DNA of 63,888 nucleotides, filler included, from Stramenopiles sp. TOSAG23-3 (lineage: Eukaryota): the NCBI GenBank assembly GCA_900128585.1. It is 15 parts of 15 records of this genome, joined end to end, with 100 filler letters (N's around TTAATTAATTAA, not from the genome) between each part and the next. Parts side by side here need not be neighbours in the genome. Positions count along the whole stretch, not along the records: positions 1 to 5,340 come from LT643552.1; positions 5,441 to 10,774 come from LT643553.1; positions 10,875 to 16,206 come from LT643554.1; 12 more parts are not named here. The stretch is one strand, 5' to 3'. The position numbers and the translations under genes are program-made. Positions 1 through 12,133 of this stretch are shown piece after piece. The notes beneath the pieces are model-generated. The model made no database searches. It had not been told where the DNA came from and worked only from the letters and a program-made list of their open reading frames with translations. The first letter of the stretch is position 1, and every line of letters starts with the position of its first letter.

Positions 1-757
1 AGGAAGATCATCACAGCTTCTTCTTTACTCCTCGTAGATGAAGTAAGGACATCGAGAATACTAATATAAGTACACTTTAATTATAGGTAATATAAATATA
101 TATATTTTTTCTCATCAACTAATCAACCAATTTATAACTACGTCATTCTCTATATACAATCGTAGTCTATAAAATAGGCAACTATTCTTCCATACTGAAC
201 AGTGGTATCGTATATTCATTGAGATATTTGCTCTTATAGTTAGGAGTACATAAGCCTTATAATAAGAAGGACTGATCAGATGGACGGACGGAGAAGTAGA
301 ATGCTTTTTATTCTGATAGGTTAAATCCATAAAACTATACTTTTTGTTTGTATTCAATTGTTTTAATGTTATTGGACTATAAATAACTATAAATAAACCA
401 CACACCATTGAGACCTCAAAAATAATTTAAAAAAATTCTTCTTCTTCTTCATTCATCTTCCTTCTTTCTTCTTCTCTCTCTTAAAAAATAATATTATTTA
501 ATTTAAAATGAATTATAAAATAATAATTGTACCACCACCACCCTCCGACACCCGACCGCCAAGAAGAAGAATTATTAATAATTAGAAATAATTAAAAAAA
601 GTGAAAGAAGAGAATGAGAAAGGAATGGAATCGAATTGAAACTTAAAGTTTTAAGACAGGTTCACAAGAAAGATATATATTTATAGATCACTTAAATAGT
701 TTATAGCGGGGAAGGAACGTTTCATATATTATATATACATCATTATCGTAGCCAACT

Positions 758-1021
758 ATGTCTCGTGTCGACAGAGTTAACGAACCGAAGTTTGCCCCAG
801 TAAACGCAGACGCCTCCTTTGGCGATGACCTTGCGTCCTTCAGTATAACAGACGTTGCTGTTTGGGGTGGTGTGACGGCAGCTTCTTTTCCGATTGGATA
901 TGCTATTGGTCGCCCAATTCGTGGCCCAAGCATGTGGATCGCGGGAGGCCTGGGCTGTGTAGCCGGTTTTATGTTAGCCTACCAGCGTGCCAGCGGGCGG
1001 AACATGGGCTTTCGCCGTTGA
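758..1021 (+). CDS. Mitochondrial complex I accessory subunit, NUXM/20.9-21 kDa family
   Basis: 87 aa with two hydrophobic helices; GPSM..GG.G...GFM.AYQ...GR.MGF matches the plant/fungal 20.9 kDa subunit pattern. Confidence 0.8.
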   Translation: MSRVDRVNEPKFAPVNADASFGDDLASFSITDVAVWGGVTAASFPIGYAIGRPIRGPSMWIAGGLGCVAGFMLAYQRASGRNMGFRR

Positions 1022-1198
1022 GGATGTTCAAAGTGTGGGTGTGGGGGGCTCTACGTCGCCCTCGCTGGCCCCCCAACGCGTACACATAATATGTAAAAGT
1101 ATAGTTGAATTAATAAAAAGAAAAAACAGTGTGTGCGTATTCGTACGTTAACACACGCACGCCGACATCATGCCATCGCGCCGGCCTTGTGCCCCACC

Positions 1199-2845
1199 TT
1201 ACACCACCGCAAGGCGCTGTTTGTCGGTGCTGCTTTCCACGTCGTCCTTGTACTTTAACGGGCTTGCCGCGTCCCCCTTCCCCCCTTCCGCATCTTTGAA
1301 TTTGGCAGCTATCTCAGGCAACTCTAAGCCCCAGCTGGCAGCCCCCCCCAGACTGCTGTCCTCCGCGTCCGCATTTACAGATTCCTTTCGTGTCAAGTTG
1401 ACGTTTTCGTCGTCTTGGAATTTTCCATATTTGCTTCTGCAGCAGCAGTTCGCGAATGGGCATCGTTTGGTTCTCGTCCACCAGATCAGGAAGGACAGCA
1501 GCATCAGAATTACGCTGACAATATAGAAGACATGAATCCAGTTGACGGCTGGGTTTCCCCCCGGAGTCTTCTCCCCATCGTTCCTTTTCGGCTCGCCGCC
1601 CTCGGGCGACTTCGTAAGGTTCCCGTAGCACTGGGCGATTCCAATGTTGGAGGTTTCACCGTCGCATTTCGCGACAGCTATCCCAAGTCGACTGTTTTCC
1701 ACATCGAAGATAATGTTGTGGTCCACCATGAGGTTTGCCCCGATAGTGAAGGACCCGTCCTTCGTTATTCCAACGCACGTTATTGGCTTGTTTGGGTAAT
1801 CAAAAAAATACGCGCGCGCAGACGCGCACAAGCTTACGCCATTGGCAAACGTAAGTGTAATGCCTGGGAAGGTGTCTTTCTCCTCGTCGGTTAGCTTTTT
1901 GAAGCACCCCAAGGCATTGGTAACGTCATATCTATCGGTCCCGGGCGGAAACTCAATCCCCTTGTGCACGCACTTCCCCGGTTTCTTGCAAAAACGGTCA
2001 AACGAAGACTTCATCGACACAAAAACGTTCGATGGAACGTACGTGTAACTCGTCCCGGAATCAAAAAAAGGAGTTTTCAAGGTCGACGGCAGCGGAAGGT
2101 CTTCTTGCCCAACCGCAAACCCTTTCAACGTAACGTCGTAAAAACTCCCTTGGTACCTCACGGGGGTCCAGGCCACGTCGCTGATGTGGCGGCTGTCGTC
2201 GTACCCACCCACACTGAACACACCGTTCTTGCGGCCCAGGCATAGGGCAAACTCGTAGTTTTCCAGATCATGGTGCGTGTAAAACTCTTTGATGAGGCTG
2301 TTGGAGTGCGAAATACCAATGATACCGTCGGCGCCTTGGGATTTGAAGTTGGGCGAGTATTTGTTGCAGCACCCAAAAGGGTGCTGAACGGCCTCGGACG
2401 TTGGACAGTTCGCCCCAAAGCATATATTATCCCTGTACAAGTGCCCGGAGTTCGTGCTTCCTTCCCCGTATGACTGGTAGTACCGCTGTCCCGTATCTGA
2501 GCATGTGCTCGATTTGCTTTTATCGTACGCGTTGTGCGGGCCGCAGTTCCCGGAACAGTCCGAGCACGGGACTGCGATAGTGCCACTTCCAGTATCCAAG
2601 ATTACACTGAAGGTTTGCTGCTCTCCATCTTTCCCACCTATTCTGACGTGCGTAAAATATACGTCGTCAGCCTCCCTGGTGATCGATGCAGTCTCAATAA
2701 ACTGACCGGTGAGCCGACGGCCATGGACCCGTTTCTTAATCAACTCAAACGCCAGGTGCCGCTTTGCCCCGAGGACGACCCGTACCTGCGACACCGCCAA
2801 AGCCAAGACAGTCGTCCAGACGAAGACCAACGACACTCGGTCCAT
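1199..2845 (-). CDS. Membrane-anchored A1 aspartic protease (plasmepsin V/ASP5-like)
   Basis: Signal peptide from ATG 2845; catalytic LDTGS and FDSGT; YGEGS flap; DGIIG; IGANLM; Cys-rich insert PCSDCSGNCG; C-terminal TM helix and cytosolic tail. Confidence 0.9.
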   Translation of the reverse strand: MDRVSLVFVWTTVLALAVSQVRVVLGAKRHLAFELIKKRVHGRRLTGQFIETASITREADDVYFTHVRIGGKDGEQQTFSVILDTGSGTIAVPCSDCSGNCGPHNAYDKSKSSTCSDTGQRYYQSYGEGSTNSGHLYRDNICFGANCPTSEAVQHPFGCCNKYSPNFKSQGADGIIGISHSNSLIKEFYTHHDLENYEFALCLGRKNGVFSVGGYDDSRHISDVAWTPVRYQGSFYDVTLKGFAVGQEDLPLPSTLKTPFFDSGTSYTYVPSNVFVSMKSSFDRFCKKPGKCVHKGIEFPPGTDRYDVTNALGCFKKLTDEEKDTFPGITLTFANGVSLCASARAYFFDYPNKPITCVGITKDGSFTIGANLMVDHNIIFDVENSRLGIAVAKCDGETSNIGIAQCYGNLTKSPEGGEPKRNDGEKTPGGNPAVNWIHVFYIVSVILMLLSFLIWWTRTKRCPFANCCCRSKYGKFQDDENVNLTRKESVNADAEDSSLGGAASWGLELPEIAAKFKDAEGGKGDAASPLKYKDDVESSTDKQRLAVV

Positions 2846-3718
2846 TTTCAAGCTACTCTCACAGTACGTACCCTGTCCACTTAACAAACTTGTACGTTCC
2901 TCTCTGGTACAATTATAAAGGAGGTTGTTTAAGTCACACAGTTTGATTAAAAATGCACACATTTTGTTTGAAATCCTAAAATTCAACAAATGCATGTATA
3001 ATTCCTCCACACACACAATTGTAGTACAAGAAGAAAAGTAATATTAATAATTATAATAAAATAAAAAAAAAGAGAAGAAGAAACAACATAAAAATAAAAG
3101 AAAGATATAATAATAGTAGGTCTATTTATTATTTATAGTAGAAGAAGAAAGAAGAAGAAAGAAAGAAGAAGAAGAAGAAGAAAGAAGAAGAAAGAAGAAG
3201 AGAAAAGAACCACACCCCACATCCCACACCACAACACCACAAACACAACAACAATACCTTTTCCCTATTATTATACCTTGGTACCTACCAATTCGTCTAA
3301 CTAAAAGAGAACATACCATCCTTCATTTTTATTGTCACTAAACTATAACTACGAGGACTACTCACTACTCAATCATCCTCAAAAATATAAATCCGTTATA
3401 TATATTAAAATACTATTCATCATTTCTCTCATGTGTTGTTCATCATCATCAATAAAATGAATTCATAGGTTGTTAGTAGTTCATTTGTTATTTTTTGTTC
3501 TTTCTTCTCATATGTAATATACTATAATTGTACAAAACAAAAACGTGCATGGATATAAACATTGGCAGGGAGATTTTTAGCACATAGATGAGCTTCCTCT
3601 ACTTGATTTTTTAAAACTTTCTCTTCTCCATTTGGACGTGCAGCAATACTATTGCAGCAGTGTGTTGAACAGCAAGCAAGCGGACATCGAACTCCAAACA
3701 ATACTCAAACAATACGTA

Positions 3719-4648
3719 ATGGCAATTCCATGGGGAAAGGGCGGCGATTTCAAGTTTTATACTGGGTCCTCGCAGAACAGTGCGTGGACAAGGGACCTGT
3801 TGCACAAGAAAAATATTATGGAGGAGGCCAAGCTCATGGGTTTCTTGCCGAAAAACAGTGCACACGGGCAGGGCAAACCCGAGCAAAAAGCGGAGACCCC
3901 GACAGCCGTGTCCTTAGTGGAAACTGCAAGGAGCACCGCGTCGGGGCAGCCACCGCAACACAGCGCGCGCAGCCAGATCTCGGCGAGCATAAACACGGGG
4001 AGGCTGTCCGTGGCGTCGCGGGCGTCCAGGGGCCCGCAGAGCGACAAAATGGCATTCCTTGCCGAAGCAAAAAAAATGTTCGAGGAGCGAAAGTTGCTCG
4101 GCGGTCCAATGACAAAGGTCGAACAGCAAAGGTGGGAAGCATTTATTGGAAAGCTCGAAGGGGCCCAGGACATGGCACCCAAGAGCGCCCGGATTCCAAA
4201 GCGCATCGGAGAAATGTCGATCGCGCAATTGGCCAGGCAGAAAGCTTCTATGAAAAAGAGAAATGGCCACAAGTACAAAAATTTTCAGAACGTAAACGCC
4301 ATTGCACTGGCCCGCGATTCCCAGGCAATCCGAGACCGAAAAGTGGCGGTAAAAAAGAAAACTAGGAAGCATGAAAAGACGAAGCTGCGAGGAGCGTGCC
4401 AGCCTTCAAAGCCCGTTCCCACCAGCGATAGCTTGAACATTTTAAACTTTGAAGAAAACCCGAATCTCCCGAGGGCCAAACGCGCCGACTGGACTACGAA
4501 AAACGTCGCAACTATATTCAAACCCTTAGATGTAGAAAAACCCTATTTGACCGACAACTTCATGTCCACTTACGACAAAAATTTTGGAGAGCGGGAGCGC
4601 CCAAAAAAGAAACTGGTCGGTGGATATTTTGTCAAAGTGAAAACATAA
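3719..4648 (+). CDS. Hypothetical basic protein
   Basis: Long GC-rich ORF (open from 3632, first ATG 3719) between AT-rich spacers; no recognised domain. Confidence 0.6.
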   Translation: MAIPWGKGGDFKFYTGSSQNSAWTRDLLHKKNIMEEAKLMGFLPKNSAHGQGKPEQKAETPTAVSLVETARSTASGQPPQHSARSQISASINTGRLSVASRASRGPQSDKMAFLAEAKKMFEERKLLGGPMTKVEQQRWEAFIGKLEGAQDMAPKSARIPKRIGEMSIAQLARQKASMKKRNGHKYKNFQNVNAIALARDSQAIRDRKVAVKKKTRKHEKTKLRGACQPSKPVPTSDSLNILNFEENPNLPRAKRADWTTKNVATIFKPLDVEKPYLTDNFMSTYDKNFGERERPKKKLVGGYFVKVKT

Positions 4649-4688
4649 TGGTGCCCTTTCTGTTTTGGTTAGCCAGCATCTGTTATAA

Positions 4689-4893
4689 AACAAAACAATT
4701 GGCTGTTATTTAAGTAATTAAAATTTAGCTTTCTCATGTACCGCGAAAATGAATATGCTCCCCTTTTGTCCATTAAAGGTTTACATTCCTTCATGTACTG
4801 CGAACTTATCTCTGCTCTTTTGGTTTTACTAATCAATATATCACATACCCTTGTCACTTAGTGTTGACTATCAATCTCAGATATGTACTCCAT
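4689..4893 (+). repeat. Dispersed repeat family A, near-complete copy
   Basis: AATTGGCTGTTATTTAAGTAATTAAAATT...CATTCCTTCATGTACTGCGAACTTATC...CCCTTGTCACTTAG...GTACTCCAT; segments recur at 21559, 39418, 47740 (reverse), 48797 and 5269 (reverse). Confidence 0.85.
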
Positions 4894-5268
4894 GCATAAG
4901 GTTTTTTTTTTGCAAGCTATATAGAAAGAATCATGCTCCCGACAAGCAGAGATATCGTTTCATCGGTTGCGATTTCTTCTTGCAGTTCCGGGGCTTTCCC
5001 GTCCGGTACCGCCGTGTTTTTTTCTCTTTCCGTCTCGCCAGGTACGTCATAGGAAAGCGTTCGAACTTGCTGGCGCGCGGACTGTACGAGCAGATAATTT
5101 GTGCGTCTCCGACCACCGGTGTATCCCCCTGTTGTCGGTGTACATGCCACAACAAGGTGCTCGAGTACCCCCCGGACAGTTTGGCCAATTTTCTTGTTGC
5201 TTTCTATAAAAAAATAAAAACAAAAACAATCTTTTTGGTAATTTCTCATTTCTTGTTAAAAATCATAA

Positions 5269-5340
5269 ATGGAGTACATCTGAGAATGATAGTCAAGACT
5301 AAGTGACAAGGGTATATCGATTAGTAAGACCAAAAGAGCA
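5269..5340 (-). repeat. Dispersed repeat family A, inverted copy truncated by contig end
   Basis: Reverse complement closely matches 4813-4893 and 48820-48891. Confidence 0.85.
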
Positions 5341-5440
5341 NNNNNNNNNNNNNNNNNNNNNNNNNNNNNNNNNNNNNNNNNNNNTTAATTAATTAANNNN
5401 NNNNNNNNNNNNNNNNNNNNNNNNNNNNNNNNNNNNNNNN
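5341..5440. other. Artificial contig linker (N44-TTAATTAATTAA-N44); also at 10775, 16207, 21637, 27054, 32469, 37879, 43288, 48697, 54092, 59483, 60585, 61687, 62788
   Basis: Identical 100-nt spacer with stops in all six frames; contig lengths fall steadily from 5340 to 5291, then ~1000. Confidence 0.98.
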
Positions 5441-5530
5441 AAGAAGAAGAAGAAGAAGAAGAAGAGATTTGAATCTCCTCTCTCCTCTCCTGGAATTGAG
5501 GAGGTGATCGAATAATATTTTGTGTCATTA

Positions 5531-5531
<1 letters not shown>

Positions 5532-5569
<38 letters not shown>
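5532..5569 (+). repeat. (TG)n microsatellite
   Basis: Uninterrupted TG run. Confidence 0.95.
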
Positions 5570-5570
<1 letters not shown>

Positions 5571-5778
5571 CCAACCTTTTCGTCTTGTTCTTTAATATTT
5601 TATATGTAGGTTTTCTGTTGAACCGTTTGGTTTGGTTTGTGTTTGGGAATAAGACCCTTTGGTTGGGGAGTATTTCTGTTTTTTCTTCTTCGATATATTT
5701 ATATTTCTTTCTGTCGTTGTAGGCGTCGTATTGAAGGGGTCACCGGAAGTACAGTATCTTCGTCCGTCCATCTCTCCG

Positions 5779-8700
5779 ATGGCATACTTTACGTCAAATG
5801 AACGATCTGTGGCTGGGACTGTGACGTCAACCCAGCGTGGTTCTTATTTCGGGACCTATTCGTCCCCGAAATTCATGCCGTCGAACAACATGGGAGTGCG
5901 CAACCAACCGTTGCCGGAGCACACCATGTCCGTGGTCGTGGAAGACCAACCGGAGACTATTGTTGCCAACCTGTTTGACTCTCGGGCCAGCCCCCCGCCC
6001 CCCATCTCGACGCAGAGAAGGCGGGCATCGCTCCTCCCGTCAACAAAAGGGAGGGTTAAGGTTGCCGTTCGGTGCCGCCCACCGTTCGAGGACGAACTAG
6101 AAGAGAATGGGGAGTTTTACCCCGTCGTTAACTGCCCGGAAAACGAGCCGACCCCGAGGGTAGAACTCTTTCTTGGCGGGAGAAGTCGCCGGAATTTCTA
6201 CTTTGACTACGTGTTTGGTCCCAGTGCGGAGCAGGGGCATGTCTACGACAATGCGGCGGGGGCGATCGTACATGGGTCCCTGAACGGCCTGAATGGCGCA
6301 ATTTTTGCGTATGGCCAAACGGGGACGGGAAAGACTTATACCATGGGAATCTTAGACGAGTTGCAAGTTGCAAGCATGGGGATAGTCCCGCGCGCGCTGT
6401 CGCATGTCTTCGGGCACATAGAAGGGGACCAAGGCTGCACTTGGACAGTTACTGTATCGTTTCTTCAGATATACCTCGAGAACGTGCAAGACCTGCTTTC
6501 GCCCCCCTCCAATGCGGTGACGGAGAGCGAGGACGGGAAACCACTCCCGTACACGGGGCTAGTCATCCGGGAAAACCCAAAGCAAGGCTTTTACGTGGAA
6601 GGCTTGCAAAAGTACACGGTGACGAACGTGGAAGAGACGGTGGAGCTTATCAATTACGGGCTACGGAACCGGGTCATGGCCCCGACCCTCATGAACACTA
6701 CCTCGTCCAGAAGCCACACCATCCTAACATTAGAGATCGAAAAGGTCATGAAAGAGTCCGCCCTGGACGGGCGCGACTACAACCGCACCTTGAAGGGGAA
6801 ATTGCTCTTGGTGGACCTGGCTGGGTCGGAACGCGTCCGGCGCACGACTAGCAAAGGGACCCGCCTGGACGAAGCAAAGTCCATCAACCAGTCGTTGAGC
6901 GCCCTAGGCAACGTTGTGGCCGCCCTCGCCGACCCCAACGCGCCCCATGTCCCGTTTCGGGACAGCAAGCTGACAAAGTTGGCGCAGGACTCCTTGGGCG
7001 GGAATGCCAACACCACGCTGATAGCCACCATCGGACCCGCGATCGAGAACAACTCCGAAACACTGAGCACGCTGCTCTTCGCTTCCCGGTGCATGCGCTT
7101 GAAGTTGAAGCCCGTAAAGAACGAAGTGGTCGATTACGCGCAGCTCGTTACGCATTTGCAGACCCAGCTTGCCGGCGCAGTTCAGATCCATAAAGAAAAA
7201 GAAGTAGCGCAGCAAGACCATTACGAAAAGATTATTCACGAAATGACCTCAGAAATAGACAAACTGCGCACGAAACAGGCCCCCCAGGTCAATTTGGACC
7301 AGCACGCCAACAGCACGCAATTCTCGCCAGGGGCCAGCAACGTTCACAGCATGGCGAACTTTGACGGCGCCGGAAACGTCGGCAAGTACGACCGGGACGT
7401 CGTTCGGCTGTCATACGAGACACTGTGCGACATCGCGACGCGAAGCTCGGTGATTCTGACACGCTGCTGCGAACGCGAGGTGGAGGCCAGCAAACGTTTT
7501 GAAGTGGAACAGAGCAAGCGCATGTCCGAGGAGGACTCCGTTCAAATGGAGGAAAAGGGAATGGCAGACAATGACACCAAGCCTGCGGCCGGGGACAACA
7601 CGCCGCACCTGAACAAATTGAAGCGCAGTGAGGCATTTGCTCGCGTGGAGCAGCGTTACGGAATCTCGGGGCTGCTCGCTGCCAAACAGGGGGACGGCGA
7701 AGGCCGTTTTGAAGGCCTGGGCCACCGCGTGCTGTACCACTTTGTGGAGGAGGCACGAAGCAGCCCAGTCTTGCCGACGGGAGAACTGGAAGAGAAGTTT
7801 TCGTACCCGGAATTTGAGGTGGTGGCTTCTGATGGCACGTTGGTGTCCATGTACGAGAAGCTGCACCAAGTTGTCAACGGAAACTTTGAAGCTCTGCGAA
7901 TCTGGGTATCTCGCCGAGACAGCCAAATGGAAGAGGCCAAGGAGCAGATTGCATTGCAGCTTGTGGAGCATCGGCAGCGGGAGGAGGAGGTGGTGAACTG
8001 GTCGTACGTTCTTAAATTTCTTTTGGCGGCCAACAGCGACCTCAAGGAGGATGTGCGAACGGCCAAAATCAGCCTGACCCAGAGTTTTCGGAAGCAAATT
8101 CAGGACGAGGTAGGGGAAGTGCGCAGCGCGGACCCTCGGGAGATTAGGGTGGTCCGGCGGCACCTTGAACAAGCTGCCCGGGAGCACGAAGGGAGCACGG
8201 GCGAAGAGCCAGCGGTGCAGAAGCAGCAACACGTAGAGATTACCTCGGACCAGAATGGCCCTACTAGTCGCCCGCAGGGGGGGGGCGACGTACCGGGAAG
8301 AAGAGCTTGTACTAGAAGACACGGGAGAAGGGGAGGACGAGGAGGCGCTCGGCACGGACAGACACATTGCTGGTGGCAGAATAGACGGGACAGACACTAG
8401 CAAGCACTCAAAAAATGCCCGGCGCTTGGCAAACTTGCGGGCCAAAGCGAAAGCGGAGCGGGAAAAGCACGAAGCGATGCAGCTGGAACGGAGCCGAAAA
8501 ATGCAGGAAACGAACAAAGAGCGAAAGGGAAAATTGCAGTGGGTGCGGCGTGGTTCTGGGGCCGATTTTTTGAAGAAATGGAAAACCCAGAACTACACAA
8601 ACAGGCGCGAGGGGAGTGACGCGAAAGCGCGCCGGGGTGCGCACATGATCAAGCGGTCGCTGGGGCTGATGCGCTCGTTTTGGTGCTCAACGGGCGAGTA

Positions 8701-9991
8701 TTTGCTGTACGGTGACACGACGCTTATGAAAGCAAAGAAGCTGCGCGACGAGGAAGACCGAATGGAGAAGAGCGACCCAAAGTCCCCTGCAGTGGAACAA
8801 GTCCGACGACGACGCCAGTCGAAAATTGTGAAAGAGACCTACAGCCAGTTGGACGAGTACATGACCATCATGTTGCAAGAGAAAAATGCGATAAACACGG
8901 GAAAGTCCAGCCATGGTCCCGAGGATGCGACAAAGAAGATGGTGGTGAGTACGCCAAAGCCCGCCGGGGAATCGTTCAGTCAGCTCGACCAGTATCTTAG
9001 CGAGCGCCCGTCCAGTGCCCCAGTCATGCAGCCGCTGAACGCGGGGACAAAAATTGGAGGCGGGGGCGATGAAATCCATAAGGAGGAGAAGACGGAGCTG
9101 CAAATTGACGACGACGAAGGGGCGCTCGCGCCCGCTGCCTCCATTGACTTGTCGGAAGTCCCGGAGCCCACGCCTGTTGAACCGTACAAGCGTAAGGAAA
9201 TGACCGTTCAGTCGCTGAGCCGCGTTGGCGGCGGTGGCTGGCTGATTCGAAAGCGCAAGGATAAGGGCGGGGCATGGGACGCTATGTTCCTCACCTTTCG
9301 AGATAAACAGACCGTACTCGCATACATGCCGCTGTCGCTGAAGGGGCAAGTGGAACTGTCTGGAGCTAGGGTGACCGAAGATATCCCAGAGGGTGCCATG
9401 ACAAGGGTTGAGAGGCAAACGAAACCGCACTCGTTCGCCGTCATTGCCCCTACGCTGAAAGGCCCGCTAATCTTGTCGGCGTACGACCAGGGCATGAAGG
9501 AGGAATGGATGCACGCAATCCGCCACGTTATCCAGGTGCAGAGAAAGCTTAAGCGCAAATCGCAATTGGCGAATCGCCGGAAATCGGTGGTGGAAAGTGC
9601 GCTCGCAGACTCGGTCTTGCTCGAGGGTGTCATGGAGAAAAAGTCCATCTCTGCGTCCATGTTTAAAAATTGGAAAACTCGCATTTTCAACCTGCGGTTG
9701 GACACGTTTACTATCGACTACTTTGACGTTTCTTTGTACGATAAGATCGACCCGACGGATGTGTACTGCGCCCCGTCGCTTACTTCGGCACACCAAGAAG
9801 CCGTCAACGACAACATCAACCCCATATGGTTTTTGAACAAGTGCAAGTTTACCTTCAGATGCTTCCTAGGGGACTTGGATGGCCCGGAAGAAGCTCAGAA
9901 AACCATTGCAGAGCTGGGGACCGACTCTGACACCCACAGACAAACGTGGGTCAAGGCGCTGATGAGCGCACACAGGGTGGCTGTGCACTGA
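5779..9991 (+). CDS. Kinesin motor with coiled coil and C-terminal PH domains; frame break at G9 run 8277-8285
   Basis: RVKVAVRCRP, AYGQTGTGKT P-loop, NTTSSRSH, LVDLAGSER, HVPFRDSKLT; second ORF (8255-9991) has PH-like segments (GWLIRK..W..F; EEWMHAI; EGVMEKK..WKTRIF; TWVKAL). Removing one G joins the two ORFs. Confidence 0.88.
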
Positions 9992-10308
9992 ACAGAAATT
10001 TGTGTGTTAATGCTTGAAACAAAGAGCCAAGTGATAGTCTGAAAGCAAATGCTGTGGTGTTAACTTTTAATAAAAACAAATTATATTGTTTGCTTTAATT
10101 ATCCGTTATTTCAATCTTTTCGTAAAACTGAATTGTTTTGATTACATAGAAGTAAAACTTACAAATAAACACAATTACTAAAATAGCAGCCAAATCTTTG
10201 GTTTTAAATTATCTAAATTACGAAAGAAATTAATCAAACATTAAAAACATTGTGAATTTAACTCTTGACTTAGGTTTATTTTAAGTAACAATTATTTTGG
10301 GGGAACCT

Positions 10309-10773
10309 TCACAATTTAATTGACAGCCCGACCGCAATTGAGTGTACTCCGTAATTGACCGAATCCCCACGCTTTGCGTAATCCTCAAGTGTTGCAACTA
10401 GCCCAGGTAACGGGACGACCAAGGTCTGTACAAATTCCCCCTCTTCCAAACTAGTCACCGGATTCATGTTTTCTTCTTTGTCCAAGTCAACAAGGACCGA
10501 TACAATACAAACCTTTTCATCGGTCAGGCCAGGGCTCATGTTCAAAGGGGTGCTTATTCCTGTGACCGTAGCGACATAACCTGTCTCCTCCTTCAACTCA
10601 CGCAATGCTGCCGCATGCGGGGTCTCGTTTGCGTCTATCAAACCGGCCGGGAGCTCTATTGTGTACGCGTTTACTGGTGGACGAAACTGCCTCACCAGCA
10701 ACGTTGATGGCGTACGAAGATCGCCACCCTTTAGCGTAGCAAAAATGGCGACTGCGTCGACGTCGGACGTATC
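10309..10773 (-). CDS. NUDIX hydrolase, ADP-ribose pyrophosphatase (NUDT5/Ysa1-like), 5' truncated
   Basis: QFRPP..IELPAGLID.NE....AALRELKEETGY Nudix box and SPGLTDE; frame open to contig end. Confidence 0.92.
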   Translation of the reverse strand, partial: DTSDVDAVAIFATLKGGDLRTPSTLLVRQFRPPVNAYTIELPAGLIDANETPHAAALRELKEETGYVATVTGISTPLNMSPGLTDEKVCIVSVLVDLDKEENMNPVTSLEEGEFVQTLVVPLPGLVATLEDYAKRGDSVNYGVHSIAVGLSIKL

Positions 10774-11238
10774 GNNNNNNNNNNNNNNNNNNNNNNNNNN
10801 NNNNNNNNNNNNNNNNNNTTAATTAATTAANNNNNNNNNNNNNNNNNNNNNNNNNNNNNNNNNNNNNNNNNNNNAGAAGAAGAATTGAATTGTGAAAAAA
10901 ACAACTCTGCTTTTTTTATCGTTCGTAGTTACAGGTTCAAAATAAGTTTCTTATTTCTACATTTGGATGAAATGAAATAAGGTGAACCCTGACTGTTCGA
11001 AGAGGTATCACCGATAGATAACAGAAAGAGAATCTTTAAAAGAGTTCTATTGCTATTCGTGTACCAAAGTGTGAAGAAACACGGTTCATACAAATTTGTC
11101 TATAAAGACACTGTCGATTCAAACGCCTGTTTGCTTTTGTCGCCAAGACATAACGGTTTCGTCATAAATACGAATAAACTTTAGAGTCGAAGAGACGCGT
11201 TAGAAAATTTACTTTGATATATTATAGGAGATTGAAAC

Positions 11239-11670
11239 ATGCAACACAGTGGTGAAAAAAACATTCACTCATATTTGTATCTGCAAATTTTGCTCTACTT
11301 CAACAAATGGTTTGCAATACTATTCTTCTTGCTCAACATGGTTGTGTTTATATATAAAGGTTACTACCTCCCATACCCTCCGTCAGCGCTTGGCTTGGAA
11401 GTCTTCCAAGTTTTTCTCTATGCTATCATAGAGATGGTTCGTATATTCCAAGCGTCGAATGGAAATAAGACGGAGCAAACAGGCCCGTTACTAGTTTCTT
11501 TGTTTTTAGCTATTGGCACGATTGTTGTAAACGTAGTACTGCTCGAGCTGCAGACGTACGTATTGAGAATCGATTTTGTTATCAATTTGGTTAGTATCTG
11601 CTTTGTTAGTTTGGAAGTTCTTGTGTCTTTTATGGCGATGGCAAAGTTCTGCAAAGAACATGGCTTCTAA
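11239..11670 (+). CDS. TMEM216: Ciliary transition-zone membrane protein (TMEM216/TMEM17 family)
   Basis: Four TM helices; LQILLYFN.W, YKGYYLPYP, IE.VRIF...GN, YVLRID patterns. Confidence 0.8.
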   Translation: MQHSGEKNIHSYLYLQILLYFNKWFAILFFLLNMVVFIYKGYYLPYPPSALGLEVFQVFLYAIIEMVRIFQASNGNKTEQTGPLLVSLFLAIGTIVVNVVLLELQTYVLRIDFVINLVSICFVSLEVLVSFMAMAKFCKEHGF

Positions 11671-12133
11671 TAAACTTGTCGACGATGGAGTGCCGCCATG
11701 GACGATGTCCAATTTAACTGGAAGTAGATGGAAAACGAAGATGTGGGTGCTTTCTCGCTCATAAGAGAGTGTTACAGCATATATGCCGGATGTCAAATTT
11801 TGGGACATCGTTTTACTACCCCACAGTGGGGTGGCGAAAGGATCGCGCGTGTATGTTAAGACAAAATAGTATTTTCTATTATATACAAAAAGGAAGCATC
11901 GCATTACATATACAAACTATTAAAAGACACAAATCCGGGTTGACTTATTTGCGGTGTATTTACAGCTGGCACAAGAACTTTTGGGTCGCCCCCCGCACGG
12001 ATGTTTTCTGAGCAAGATTTCCGTTTCCAAAACACTAAACTGCGCGCACACTCCCTCCACCATGATGTTTATTCCCGATCTCCTGGGGCACTTTGCTGTC
12101 CCTACGTAAGATCAAAATGAAGAAACACACGCA

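Noticed and set aside
5341-5440. TTAATTAATTAA palindromes recurring every ~5.4 kb
   Set aside because: Artificial linkers inside N runs; the periodicity reflects size-sorted contigs. ORFs ending X..LIN are artefacts.
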